The notes under the pieces are model-generated. The model searched no databases and was not told the origin of the DNA. It saw only the letters and a list, made by a program, of their open reading frames with translations. A DNA stretch of 64,000 bases from Beijerinckiaceae bacterium (GTDB taxonomy: Bacteria > Pseudomonadota > Alphaproteobacteria > Rhizobiales > Beijerinckiaceae). Numbering within the stretch: the first letter of the stretch is position 1; the number at the start of each line of letters is the position of its first letter. Position numbers and translations under genes: made by a program. Positions 30,231 through 38,809 of this stretch are shown piece by piece. Where the stretch lies: assembly GCA_027533425.1 (NCBI GenBank), contig JAPZUD010000007.1, positions 135,928 to 199,927 of the forward strand. Direction: 5' to 3'.

Positions 30231-31202
30231 ATGAAAGACCTGTCGAAAGCCCTACTCGGCCTGCTGGCCATGACGGTGCTGCCCGGAGCGGCGCTCGCGC
30301 AGGCGGATTACCCCTCGAAGACGGTGACGATCGTCGTTCCCTTCGCCGCAGGCGGCACCACCGACATGCTCGGCCGCATCCTCGCCGACCGGCTGAGCCA
30401 GCGCCTCAAGGGCACCTTCATTGTCGAGAACAAGGCCGGCGCGGGCGGCAATATCGGCGTCGGAGCAGTCGCGAAATCGACCCCGGATGGCTACACGCTC
30501 GGCATGGGCACAGTCTCGACCCATTCGATCAATCCGAATGTCTACAAGGCCATGCCCTACGACCATGTGAAGGATTTCATTCCGCTCTCGCTGGTTGCCT
30601 CGGTGCCGAACATCCTTCTGGTCAACCCGGAAGTGAAGGCCAACACGGTCCCCGAACTCGTGGCCTTCCTGAAATCCGAGCCGGGCAAGCATGCCTTCGC
30701 CTCGTCCGGGGCCGGCACCTCGATCCATCTCGCCGGCGAATTGTTCAAGCTCGCTTCCGGCACGGATATCATCCATGTGCCCTATCGCTCGAGCGGCCAG
30801 ATCACCAATGACCTGCTGGCCGGCAAGATCCTGATGACCTTCGACAACATCACCGTCGCCTGGCCGCATGTGCAGGCGGGCAAGCTGAAGGCCCTCGCCA
30901 CGGCCACCCCGGCGCGGCTGCCCTTCGCCAAGGACATGCCGGCGATGAGTGAATTCTATCCCGGCTTTGCCGCGACCTCCTGGCATGGCATCTTTGCGCC
31001 TGCCGGCACGCCCAAGGCCATTGCCGACAAGCTGACGGCGGAGATCCAGGCGATCCTGCGCGAGCCGGAAACGATGGAAAAGCTGACCAAGGTCGGCGTC
31101 ACGCCGATCGGCTCGACCCAGGCGGAATTCGCCGCTCACATCGCCAGCGAAACCGCCCGCTGGAAGGATGTTGCCGCCAAGGCGAACATCAAGCTCGACT
31201 GA
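30231..31202 (+). CDS. Tripartite tricarboxylate transporter substrate-binding protein (Bug/TctC)
   Basis: YPSKTVTIVVPFAAGGTTD; VENKAGAGGNIG; FASSGAGT.HLAGE; HVPYRSS. Confidence 0.92.
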   Translation: MKDLSKALLGLLAMTVLPGAALAQADYPSKTVTIVVPFAAGGTTDMLGRILADRLSQRLKGTFIVENKAGAGGNIGVGAVAKSTPDGYTLGMGTVSTHSINPNVYKAMPYDHVKDFIPLSLVASVPNILLVNPEVKANTVPELVAFLKSEPGKHAFASSGAGTSIHLAGELFKLASGTDIIHVPYRSSGQITNDLLAGKILMTFDNITVAWPHVQAGKLKALATATPARLPFAKDMPAMSEFYPGFAATSWHGIFAPAGTPKAIADKLTAEIQAILREPETMEKLTKVGVTPIGSTQAEFAAHIASETARWKDVAAKANIKLD

Positions 31203-31250
31203 ACCTTCTTGGCGATACGCGCCGGGCCCTCTCCCCTCCGGCGCCAAACG

Positions 31251-31287
31251 CCCCCGCATCCTCCCCGGATCGCGGGGGTTGTTGTTT
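31251..31287 (+). terminator. Intrinsic terminator after tctC-like gene
   Basis: CCCCCGCATCC-TCCCC-GGATCGCGGGGG followed by TTGTTGTTT. Confidence 0.6.
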
Positions 31288-31760
31288 CAGCCCTCGGCGA
31301 TATCCGCCACGCGGCCGCCTGTCAGCCGGACGAGATCATCGAATGTCAGCCGGAACACGGCGTTGGGTGTGCCGGCAGCGGCCCAGATCTCGGCATGGCG
31401 GCCCAGGGTCTCGTCGAGCAGGGTCACCAGCGGTGTGGCATGCCCGACCGGCGGGATGCCGCCAATCGCGAAACCGGTCACCTCGCGGACAAAGCCGGCA
31501 TCGGCCCGGCCGATCGACTCGCCCAGCAGGGCGGCGACCTTCGCCTCCGACACCCGGTTCGGGCCGGATGCCACCACCAGCACGGCCCCGCCGCTGGCGG
31601 CCCGGAAGACAAGCGACTTGGCGATCTGCGCCACGGTGCAGCCGACGGCCGCCGCGGCATCCGCAGCCGTGCGGGTGGAAGCCTCGAATTCAAGGACGGC
31701 ATAATCAGGGCCGAGAACGGCCTGGACGCGCAGGGCGGTGGGGTTGGTGGCAGGCTTCAT
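31287..31760 (-). CDS. YbaK/EbsC-family aminoacyl-tRNA deacylase-like protein
   Basis: TAADAAAAVGC; QIAKSLVF; TGFAIGGIPPVGH; WAAAGTPN. Confidence 0.9.
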   Translation of the reverse strand: MKPATNPTALRVQAVLGPDYAVLEFEASTRTAADAAAAVGCTVAQIAKSLVFRAASGGAVLVVASGPNRVSEAKVAALLGESIGRADAGFVREVTGFAIGGIPPVGHATPLVTLLDETLGRHAEIWAAAGTPNAVFRLTFDDLVRLTGGRVADIAEG

Positions 31761-31779
31761 CGCGGCACCGACGGCCCGG

Positions 31780-32295
31780 TCAGCCGGCTTTGTTGAGCAC
31801 GACATCCAGCTGCGGCTTGGTATTGATCGTCTGGAAGACGACGCAATAACGCTCCGTCAGCTTGAGCAGGGAGGCGAGCTGCTCCTCGTTTGCCTCGGTC
31901 TTCACCTCGAAACGCAGGCGGATATTCCGGAACCCGACCGGCGCATCCTTGGCGACGCCGAGCGTGCCGCGGAAATCGAGATCGCCTTCGGCGAAGACTT
32001 CCGCCGTCTCGAGCGTGATGCCGAGCGCCGTCGCCACCGCCTTCAGCGTCACGCCGGCACAGGCAACCAGCGCCTCGAGCAGCATGTCGCCGGAGCAGAG
32101 TTCCAGCCCCGAGCCGCCGGTGGCGGGATGGAGGCCGGCCTCGACCATCGCCTTGCCGGTTTCCAGCTTGCAGGTAATGCCCTCGCCGATCGTGCCGCGC
32201 GCCTTGAGCGTGATCACGGCCGCATCCGGCGCCTCGCGGTATTTCGCCTTGATCGGGGCCTGGAGGGCACGGAGGGCTTCGGCATCGAGACTCAT
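31780..32295 (-). CDS. OsmC-family protein
   Basis: LLEALVACAG and ERYCVV two-Cys pattern; GDLDFRGTLG; start overlaps the ABC ATPase stop by 4 nt. Confidence 0.85.
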   Translation of the reverse strand: MSLDAEALRALQAPIKAKYREAPDAAVITLKARGTIGEGITCKLETGKAMVEAGLHPATGGSGLELCSGDMLLEALVACAGVTLKAVATALGITLETAEVFAEGDLDFRGTLGVAKDAPVGFRNIRLRFEVKTEANEEQLASLLKLTERYCVVFQTINTKPQLDVVLNKAG

Positions 32296-33068
32296 ATTCC
32301 AGCACCTTGGATGAGGCCGTCCTCCCGCGCGGGCGGTTCGGCCAATGTTGCGTTCAACGCTTTCAGGATGCGCCGCTTTTCCGCATCGAACGCCTCGGAA
32401 TGGCGTTGGCGCGGCCGGGGAAGGGCCACCTCGAAGCTCCGGGCGATCCGCCCGGGATTGGGCTGCATGATGACGATTCGGGTCGCCAGAACAAGCGCCT
32501 CCTCGATATCATGCGTCACCAGCACCAGAGTGGGGCGATAGCGCTCCCACAGCGTGATCAGGTGATCCTGCAGGTCAGCCCGGGTGAAGGCGTCGAGCGC
32601 GGAGAAAGGCTCGTCCAGCAGCAGCACATGCGGCTCGGTCACCAGCGCCCGGGCGAGGGCCACGCGCTGGCTTTGCCCGCCCGACAATTCACGCGGCCAT
32701 TTTCCGCCATAGCCACCGAGGCCGACCCGTTCGAGCGCTTCGACGACCTTGGCCTGCCGCGCCGCCGGCGACAGGGCGGCAAGGCCGAAGCCGACGTTCC
32801 CGGCCACGCTGAGCCAGGGCAGCAGGCGCGGCTCCTGGAACACGATGCCGACCAGCGGATGCGGATCGCGGATCACCTCGCCTTCCACTTCCACCGTGCC
32901 ATGGCTGGCCTGGTCGAGCCCGGAAATCAGGCGCAGCAAGGTGCTCTTGCCACAGCCGGACCCGCCGACCAGCGCGACGATCTCGCCTTGCTGGACCGTG
33001 AGGTCGATGCCGCCGAGCGCATGCGCGCCATTGGGATAGGTCTTGCCGAGATTGCGGATATCGAGCAT
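32292..33068 (-). CDS. ABC transporter ATP-binding protein (SsuB/TauB-like)
   Basis: GGSGCGKST; FQEPRLLPWL; LSGGQSQR; LLDEPFSALD. Confidence 0.9.
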   Translation of the reverse strand: MLDIRNLGKTYPNGAHALGGIDLTVQQGEIVALVGGSGCGKSTLLRLISGLDQASHGTVEVEGEVIRDPHPLVGIVFQEPRLLPWLSVAGNVGFGLAALSPAARQAKVVEALERVGLGGYGGKWPRELSGGQSQRVALARALVTEPHVLLLDEPFSALDAFTRADLQDHLITLWERYRPTLVLVTHDIEEALVLATRIVIMQPNPGRIARSFEVALPRPRQRHSEAFDAEKRRILKALNATLAEPPAREDGLIQGAGI

Positions 33069-33071
33069 GGC

Positions 33072-33911
33072 TCAGGCCCCTCCCGCATAGACATCCTGCC
33101 AGCGCAGGAGCGGCGCGAACAGCGCCGAGAGCAGCCCGTCGGTGATCTTGCCGAGAACGGCGAAAAGCAGGATGGCGGCCACGATCTGGTCCGGCTTGCC
33201 GAGCTGCTGGCCATCGACCAGCAGATAGCCGAGGCCTTCCGAGGCGCCCATGAACTCCGCCGCAACGACGAACATCCAGCCCAGGCCCAGCCCGCCGCGC
33301 AGGGCGAGGACGAAGGAGGGCAGGATCGCGGGGAGCAGGATGCGGCGAACCAGCGCGAACGGCGTCAGCCGGAAGACGCGCCCGACCTCGACGATCTTGC
33401 GGTCGATGCCGAGGATGGCCCCCATGATGCCGAGATAGACCGGGAAGAACACACCCACCGCGATCAGGGCGACCTTGGACGCCTCGAAAATCCCGAACCA
33501 CAGGATGAAGAGCGGCACCCAGGCGATGGAGGGCACCGCGCGGAGACCTTGCAGGGTAGGGTCCATCAGGCGGCGGCTCAGCGCTGAATAGCCGCTGAGC
33601 GCACCGAGCATCGTGCCGGCCAGCACCCCGAGCGCGAAGCCCGTGAAAACCCGCGCCGAGGTGGCCAGCACATGGCGCATCAGCTCGCCGCCCTGCGCCA
33701 GTTCGATCAGCGTGGTCGCGATCCGCGAGGGCGGCGGCAGCAACCGGCCGCTGACCAGCCCCTGCCGGACCAGCAGCTCCCAGAGGACGGCCAGCACCAC
33801 AGGCAGGACAAAGCCCAGCGCGTCAGGCACGCGCCAGTGGCTTGCGCCTTTGGACGAGGCGACAGTGCCGCGCGCGGGAACATCCGACGTTCCGGTTTCG
33901 AGATTGCTCAT
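33072..33911 (-). CDS. ABC transporter permease (SsuC-like)
   Basis: LLPPPS; LRAVPSIAWVPLFILWFG; EAA-like loop; VVAAEF. Confidence 0.9.
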   Translation of the reverse strand: MSNLETGTSDVPARGTVASSKGASHWRVPDALGFVLPVVLAVLWELLVRQGLVSGRLLPPPSRIATTLIELAQGGELMRHVLATSARVFTGFALGVLAGTMLGALSGYSALSRRLMDPTLQGLRAVPSIAWVPLFILWFGIFEASKVALIAVGVFFPVYLGIMGAILGIDRKIVEVGRVFRLTPFALVRRILLPAILPSFVLALRGGLGLGWMFVVAAEFMGASEGLGYLLVDGQQLGKPDQIVAAILLFAVLGKITDGLLSALFAPLLRWQDVYAGGA

Positions 33912-33988
33912 GGGGCCCCCTGCCCTCGCCCTGCCACACAACAACGCGGCCCGGAAGGGGCCGCGTCATGTCGCTGGTCCTGAATGGG

Positions 33989-34960
33989 TCAATGGGTCGC
34001 GGTCAGCAGGCTGCCATCGACAAGATCGGCAACCACGGCCCTGACATTGACATCCGGCTTGATCACGCCCGCTTTCTGGAGCGCGAGGCCTGCCTCGGTG
34101 ATGGCATCGATCTGGGCGGCGCCGATCTTGGAATGGCCGAGATCGGTGCGCTCGGAGAGCTGCTTCGCGATGACCGCCTCCGGCAGCTTCGTCGCCGCCA
34201 CGAGATAGGCCCTCACCTGGTCGGGGTTGGCCTGCGACCAGGCCCGCGCCTTTTCGTAGGTGGCGAGGACGCGGCGGACCAAGGCCGGGTGATCCTTCGC
34301 GAAGGCCTCGCGCACATTCAGGATGCCCCAGGTATTGGCTTCCTTCTTGCGGTAGAAGATGCTTGCCTTGTCCTCGAGCTCGGCGGCCGCCATCATCGGG
34401 TCAAGCCCGGCCCAGGCATCGACATCCTTGCGCGCCAGCGCCGTCCGGCCATCGGCATGCTGGAGCAGGACAAGCGTGACGTCCTTCTCGGTCAGGCCGG
34501 CTTCCTGCAGCGCCCGGACGAGGAAGATATGCGGGTCGGTGCCGCGGGTGGCGGCGACGCGCTTGCCCTTGAGATCGGCGACGCTCTTGATCCCCGTGCC
34601 CTCGCGGGTCAGCAGCGCCGTCCATTCCGGCTGCGAATAGACATAGATCGACTTGATCGGGTTGCCGTTGATCTTGCCGATCAGCGCGGCAGCACCGGCG
34701 GTCGAGCCGAAATCGAGCGAACCGGCATTGAGGAATTCCAGTGCCTTGTTCGACCCGGCGGACTGCACCCAGCGGATGGTGATGCCATCCTTCTCGAATT
34801 CCTTCTCCAGCAGCTTCTGCTCTTTCAGCGCCAGCGAGACCGGGTTGTAGGTCGCCCAGTCGATCCGGATCTCCCTGGGCGGCCCGGCTGCCAGCGCGGG
34901 CGCCAGCGCAAGGCCAAAAGCGGCAGCGGCGAGAAGCGGGAAAGAGCGGCGGGAAATCAT
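33989..34960 (-). CDS. Aliphatic sulfonate-type ABC substrate-binding protein (SsuA-like)
   Basis: SRR-type signal; DWATYNP; GSNKALEFLNAGSLDFG; DLKGKRVAATRGT; DAWAGLDP. Confidence 0.88.
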   Translation of the reverse strand: MISRRSFPLLAAAAFGLALAPALAAGPPREIRIDWATYNPVSLALKEQKLLEKEFEKDGITIRWVQSAGSNKALEFLNAGSLDFGSTAGAAALIGKINGNPIKSIYVYSQPEWTALLTREGTGIKSVADLKGKRVAATRGTDPHIFLVRALQEAGLTEKDVTLVLLQHADGRTALARKDVDAWAGLDPMMAAAELEDKASIFYRKKEANTWGILNVREAFAKDHPALVRRVLATYEKARAWSQANPDQVRAYLVAATKLPEAVIAKQLSERTDLGHSKIGAAQIDAITEAGLALQKAGVIKPDVNVRAVVADLVDGSLLTATH

Positions 34961-35006
34961 CGGCGGAACCTCCATGTCGTACGGCAAAACATACGGATCG
35001 TTCCGA

Positions 35007-35031
35007 TATTCCAAACAAAGATTTTGGAATA
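35007..35031. promoter_or_regulatory. Inverted repeat upstream of the ssuA-like gene
   Basis: TATTCCAAA-N7-TTTGGAATA in an AT-rich patch, 47 bp upstream of the ATG. Confidence 0.55.
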
Positions 35032-35236
35032 AGGATATTCCCAAATGTGCAATGGCCGCTTCCCGGCCGAAAATCGAACAGGCTTTCCTGCCCGCGCGTG
35101 AGCGCGCAGAAAACCTTGCTTTTCCGGGACAGTAATTTGGAAAGCCCGCCCCCGGGAAACGGGCCCGGACGCGCACCCATTGCCGGAAACGGCCTTTTGG
35201 CCTTAGCCTGAAGGCCCTGTCCGGCCGGAGATCGCC

Positions 35237-36370
35237 ATGCTGACCTGGTTCCAGAAACTCGTCCTGTTCCTGCTGGGTTTTGCCTGGTGCCTGCTGCTCA
35301 TCGCTGCGCTGCTGGGCCTCCCGGTCGTCTCGGTCCTGCCCGGCTGGATGATCGCCGCCATCCTCGTGGCGGGCCTCGTGCTCGGGCTCATCCCCTTCAC
35401 GCTCTGGTGGCTCATCCGCCGCAACAGCCCGACCTATGGCGCGCGGCGCTCCTTCCTCGCCTTCGGGCTGGCCGGCATGCTCGCAGCCACCGGACTGGCA
35501 GGCTTCCCGATCTATTATCTCGCCTATTGGGTGGATTCCGGCCCCTCGCATCTGCCCCTCGCTACCCTGTCCAACGGCAAGAAGACGGTAGTTTTCCAAG
35601 GCATGCAGCATGTCGGCTCGGAGGATTTCTACAAATCCGTGGTCTTCGATCTCGAGAAAGCCCTCGCCGATGGCTACACGTTATTCTACGAGGGCGTGCA
35701 GCCCGTGCCGGACCGGCCCGACCTGACGGACTGGTTCAACAAGACCCTGCGCGGCACCGACAAGGACCTCTCCGCCGGCTACCGGCAGCTGGCGGATGCC
35801 TGCTCGATGACTTTCCAGCTCACCTATTTCGAGCCGCTTCTCGCCGACAAGGCCATCAATCCGAAGCGCCATGTCACGGCTGACGTGACCTATCTCGACA
35901 TGAAGAACGAGTATGATCGCCTGCTGAAGGATGACCCGGCTTTCGTGGAAGCCCTGCGCAATGCCAATGCGCGGCGTTCGGCCGCGCAGGAGGAGAACGA
36001 TCCCTTCATGGCCGCCCTGTCCTATGTCGGCCAGGCGACGCCGGAGCAGAAGGCCCTGATCGGCATCGCCTGCCGCGGCATCATGAGCAAGGTGATGGGC
36101 GGCGAGGGCGCCAGCGATCCCGCCGAGAAGATCATCCTCGATTTCCGCAACCGCGAACTGGCCCGTTTCGTCGATCAATCCGAGGCGACGAAAATCTACA
36201 TCACCTATGGCGGCAAGCATTTCCGCGGCTTCGTGGCCGATCTGAAGCGGCGCGATCCCGCCTGGGAGGTGCAGTCGATCAGCTGGGGCCGCGCCATGAG
36301 CAATCCGCGGACGCCCGCGCCGCCGGGCTGGGACTGGCGGGCCCTGATCGGGACATCCGCCGCTCCGTGA
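35237..36370 (+). CDS. Membrane-anchored hypothetical protein, TraB/GumN(Tiki)-like core
   Basis: Three N-terminal hydrophobic segments; GMQHVG, FYEGV, RNREL and YGGKHFRG motifs. Confidence 0.65.
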   Translation: MLTWFQKLVLFLLGFAWCLLLIAALLGLPVVSVLPGWMIAAILVAGLVLGLIPFTLWWLIRRNSPTYGARRSFLAFGLAGMLAATGLAGFPIYYLAYWVDSGPSHLPLATLSNGKKTVVFQGMQHVGSEDFYKSVVFDLEKALADGYTLFYEGVQPVPDRPDLTDWFNKTLRGTDKDLSAGYRQLADACSMTFQLTYFEPLLADKAINPKRHVTADVTYLDMKNEYDRLLKDDPAFVEALRNANARRSAAQEENDPFMAALSYVGQATPEQKALIGIACRGIMSKVMGGEGASDPAEKIILDFRNRELARFVDQSEATKIYITYGGKHFRGFVADLKRRDPAWEVQSISWGRAMSNPRTPAPPGWDWRALIGTSAAP

Positions 36371-36388
36371 CAAACCGCAAGGAACCGG

Positions 36389-36464
36389 TGGTGGGCCCGG
36401 CAGGACTCGAACCTGCAACCAGACCGTTATGAGCGGCCGGCTCTAACCATTGAGCTACAGGCCC
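36389..36464 (-). tRNA. tRNA with CAU anticodon, most likely tRNA-Ile2 (lysidine)
   Basis: GGGCCTGTAGCTCAATGGTTAGAGCCGGCCGCTCATAACGGTCTGGTTGCAGGTTCGAGTCCTGCCGGGCCCACCA: full cloverleaf with encoded CCA; G1-C72 paired and no 3GC anticodon stem (so not fMet); resembles ileX-type tRNAs. Confidence 0.9.
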
Positions 36465-36751
36465 CTTGCCAGCGGGGGCCCTCCTTTTTGCGTGACCGGG
36501 CCGACATTGCAAGCCCCCGCAGGGTCTGTCGAAGAGCCCCCGCAGCGGTCCATCCCCGCAGCAAGCTCTGGTTGAGACTACGTTCCTCGTATGGTCTTGG
36601 ATACGACATCTGTCCTAGATTTGGGACAGGCTCCTCCGATTTCGGACAAGGAGCCCGGTTTTTCGCCTCGCTGCCGCTTTCTCGCCGCATTGCAGCATCA
36701 GACGGGCCGGCCCTGCGCCGGACATCGGGTCTGGCGCGCAACCCGAAGGAG

Positions 36752-37231
36752 ATGCCGGTTTTGCGGATCATCCTAGGAACAGCGCTGATGGCGGGACTTG
36801 CGACCCCGGCTCTCGCGCAGAATGTCTGGCATACCAGCTATTACGGGCAGGAACTGGCCGGACGGAAAACCGCCTCGGGCGAGCGATTCAACCCGGGCGC
36901 GCTGACGGCGGCCCACCGGACGCTGCCCTTCGGCACCAAACTCAGGCTCACCAATGTCCAGAACGGCCGGTCGGTCATCGTCCGGATCAATGATCGCGGC
37001 CCCTTCATTCGGGGCCGGATGCTGGATGTCTCGCGCGGCGCGGCCTCGGCGCTCGGCTTCGTGGGACAGGGCACTGCCCGGCTTCGGGTGGAGCCCCTCT
37101 CGGCGAAAGCCGCCCTGTTCGAGTCGAGCCCTGTTGACAGGCCCACCCCGGCCCCGGCATCGGAAGAGGGGGAATCCCTCCCCGAAACCGACGGCCTGAT
37201 CCATCGTGGCGACCGAGCCCTTTTCAATTAA
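36752..37231 (+). CDS. RlpA-family (DPBB) septal ring lytic transglycosylase-like protein
   Basis: SYYG...TASGERFNPGALTAAHRTLPFGTKLRLTN...VRINDRGPF...LDVSRGAA; RBS GAAGGAG. Confidence 0.9.
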   Translation: MPVLRIILGTALMAGLATPALAQNVWHTSYYGQELAGRKTASGERFNPGALTAAHRTLPFGTKLRLTNVQNGRSVIVRINDRGPFIRGRMLDVSRGAASALGFVGQGTARLRVEPLSAKAALFESSPVDRPTPAPASEEGESLPETDGLIHRGDRALFN

Positions 37232-37691
37232 CGCCATTCCCTGTCCGTCCGGGCGGCTTGGCATCATGCCGCTGCCCGGCCGGACAGGGACCGCCGCCGC
37301 CGATCTCGCGACCATCCGCGCCTGGCGGCCCGGCCTGATCCTCTCGCTGGTCGAACCGACGGAATGGACGGCCTTTGGCCTCGGCACCATGCCGGCCGAA
37401 CTCGCCGCGACCGCGGCAACGTTTCTGGCTTTCCCCATCCCCGATTACAGCATCCCCGCACCGGGGCCCGATGCCGCCGCCATGCTGGACAGGGCCAGTT
37501 CTCTCCTGCAGGCGGGCGGCACGGTGCTGGTCCATTGCCAGGGTGGCCGCGGCCGCTCCGGCATGATCGCCGCGCGGCTGCTTGTCAGCGCCGGGTCCAC
37601 GCCGGACGAGGCGATCCGGCAGATCCGCGCGGCTCGCCCGGGCGCGATCGAGACGCCAGCGCAAGAAGCCTGGATTGCGACCGGCGGTTGA
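37206..37691 (+). CDS. Dual-specificity/tyrosine phosphatase (CDKN3-like)
   Basis: FPIPDYSIP; VHCQGGRGRSG (CX5R); RAARPGAIET. Confidence 0.85.
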   Translation: MATEPFSINAIPCPSGRLGIMPLPGRTGTAAADLATIRAWRPGLILSLVEPTEWTAFGLGTMPAELAATAATFLAFPIPDYSIPAPGPDAAAMLDRASSLLQAGGTVLVHCQGGRGRSGMIAARLLVSAGSTPDEAIRQIRAARPGAIETPAQEAWIATGG

Positions 37692-37737
37692 GGCCGGCCA
37701 CCCCGCCATGATACGAGGCGGCACCCGAGGAGGCGAG

Positions 37738-38349
37738 ATGAGCGAGATCCTGACCCTGTTCCCCACCCGCCTCTATCGGGCCGAGATCGAGGATCCGGCT
37801 CTGGTCGAGGACCTGGCCCGCTCCAGCCAGGCGCTGTCCGTCGATGACGAGGCCGGCCGGAAATGGTGCCGCAAGAACGGCTATCCGGGCTACACCTCCT
37901 ACGCCTCGCTCAATGATCTTCCCTGGCGCTTCCCCGAATTCAAGGCACTGGCAAAGCGGATCGACCCCCATGTCCGGGATTTCGCGCGGCTGCTCGAATT
38001 CGATCTCGGGAGCGGCAAGCTGGCCATGGATTCCTTCTGGGTGAACATCCTGCCCGAAGGCGGTTTCCATGCGGCCCATATCCATCCGCACAGCGTGATT
38101 TCCGGCACCTTCTATGTCGCCGTGCCGAAAGGCGCGAGCGCCTTGCGCCTCGAGGATCCGCGCCATGCCATGATGATGGCCGCCCCGCCGCGCAAGGCGA
38201 AGGCGGCGCTCGAGAACCGCGCCTTCGTCAGCATCGAGCCGCAGCCCGGCACCCTGCTGCTCTGGGAGAGCTGGCTCCGGCATGACGTGCCGATGAACCG
38301 CTCGGCCGAAGACCGGATCTCCATCAGCTTCAACTACAACTGGGTCTGA
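37738..38349 (+). CDS. TIGR02466-type putative 2OG-Fe(II) oxygenase
   Basis: WVNILPEGGFHAAHIHPHSVISGTFYV; LWESWLRHDV; RISISFNY. Confidence 0.85.
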   Translation: MSEILTLFPTRLYRAEIEDPALVEDLARSSQALSVDDEAGRKWCRKNGYPGYTSYASLNDLPWRFPEFKALAKRIDPHVRDFARLLEFDLGSGKLAMDSFWVNILPEGGFHAAHIHPHSVISGTFYVAVPKGASALRLEDPRHAMMMAAPPRKAKAALENRAFVSIEPQPGTLLLWESWLRHDVPMNRSAEDRISISFNYNWV

Positions 38350-38377
38350 CACCACCGCCGGGCCGGCAGGGGCCCGA

Positions 38378-38409
38378 TTGACACCCAATACTAAACCATA
38401 CAGTATGGT
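38378..38409 (+). promoter_or_regulatory. Sigma70-type promoter overlapped by a TetR-like operator
   Basis: TTGACA-N17-CAGTAT, with palindrome ACCATAC-A-GTATGGT (38395-38409) covering the -10 element. Confidence 0.65.
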
Positions 38410-38432
38410 ATTGTTCTTGATCGGAGCTTGCC

Positions 38433-38804
38433 ATGAACCCCTTCCTTACCGCAGCCGCGATCGGCGCCCTTGCCATCTGCCTTGTGCATGTCGTCGCCGG
38501 CGGGCGTCATATCGTCCGGCCGTTGCTTGCTGATACCCACCTGCCCCGCATGTCGAAATGGACGCTCTACATGTGCTGGCATTTCGTGACGATCACGCTG
38601 GCGGGCATGGCCATTGCCTACCTCGTCGCGGCACAGCCGGAGGGGAACCGCATCCTCGCGTATTTTGCCACCGGCGCAGCGGCGCTTTACGCGCTGACGA
38701 ATATCGGCATGAATGTCGCTCTGGGCTTGCGGCATGCCCGCCACCCGCAATGGATGATGTTCGCACCGCTGGCCGCCCTCGGGGCTGCGGGGCTCTGGAT
38801 CTAG
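38433..38804 (+). CDS. Small integral membrane protein (about 4 TM)
   Basis: Hydrophobic 123 aa; HVVAGG, WHFVT and HPQW motifs; RBS GGAG. Confidence 0.75.
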   Translation: MNPFLTAAAIGALAICLVHVVAGGRHIVRPLLADTHLPRMSKWTLYMCWHFVTITLAGMAIAYLVAAQPEGNRILAYFATGAAALYALTNIGMNVALGLRHARHPQWMMFAPLAALGAAGLWI

Positions 38805-38809
38805 GGATC

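Noticed and set aside
35237-36464. Integrative element or genomic island at the tRNA 3' end
   Set aside because: No integrase or transposase, no duplicated tRNA 3' end (att) seen in the window, and no obvious compositional break.
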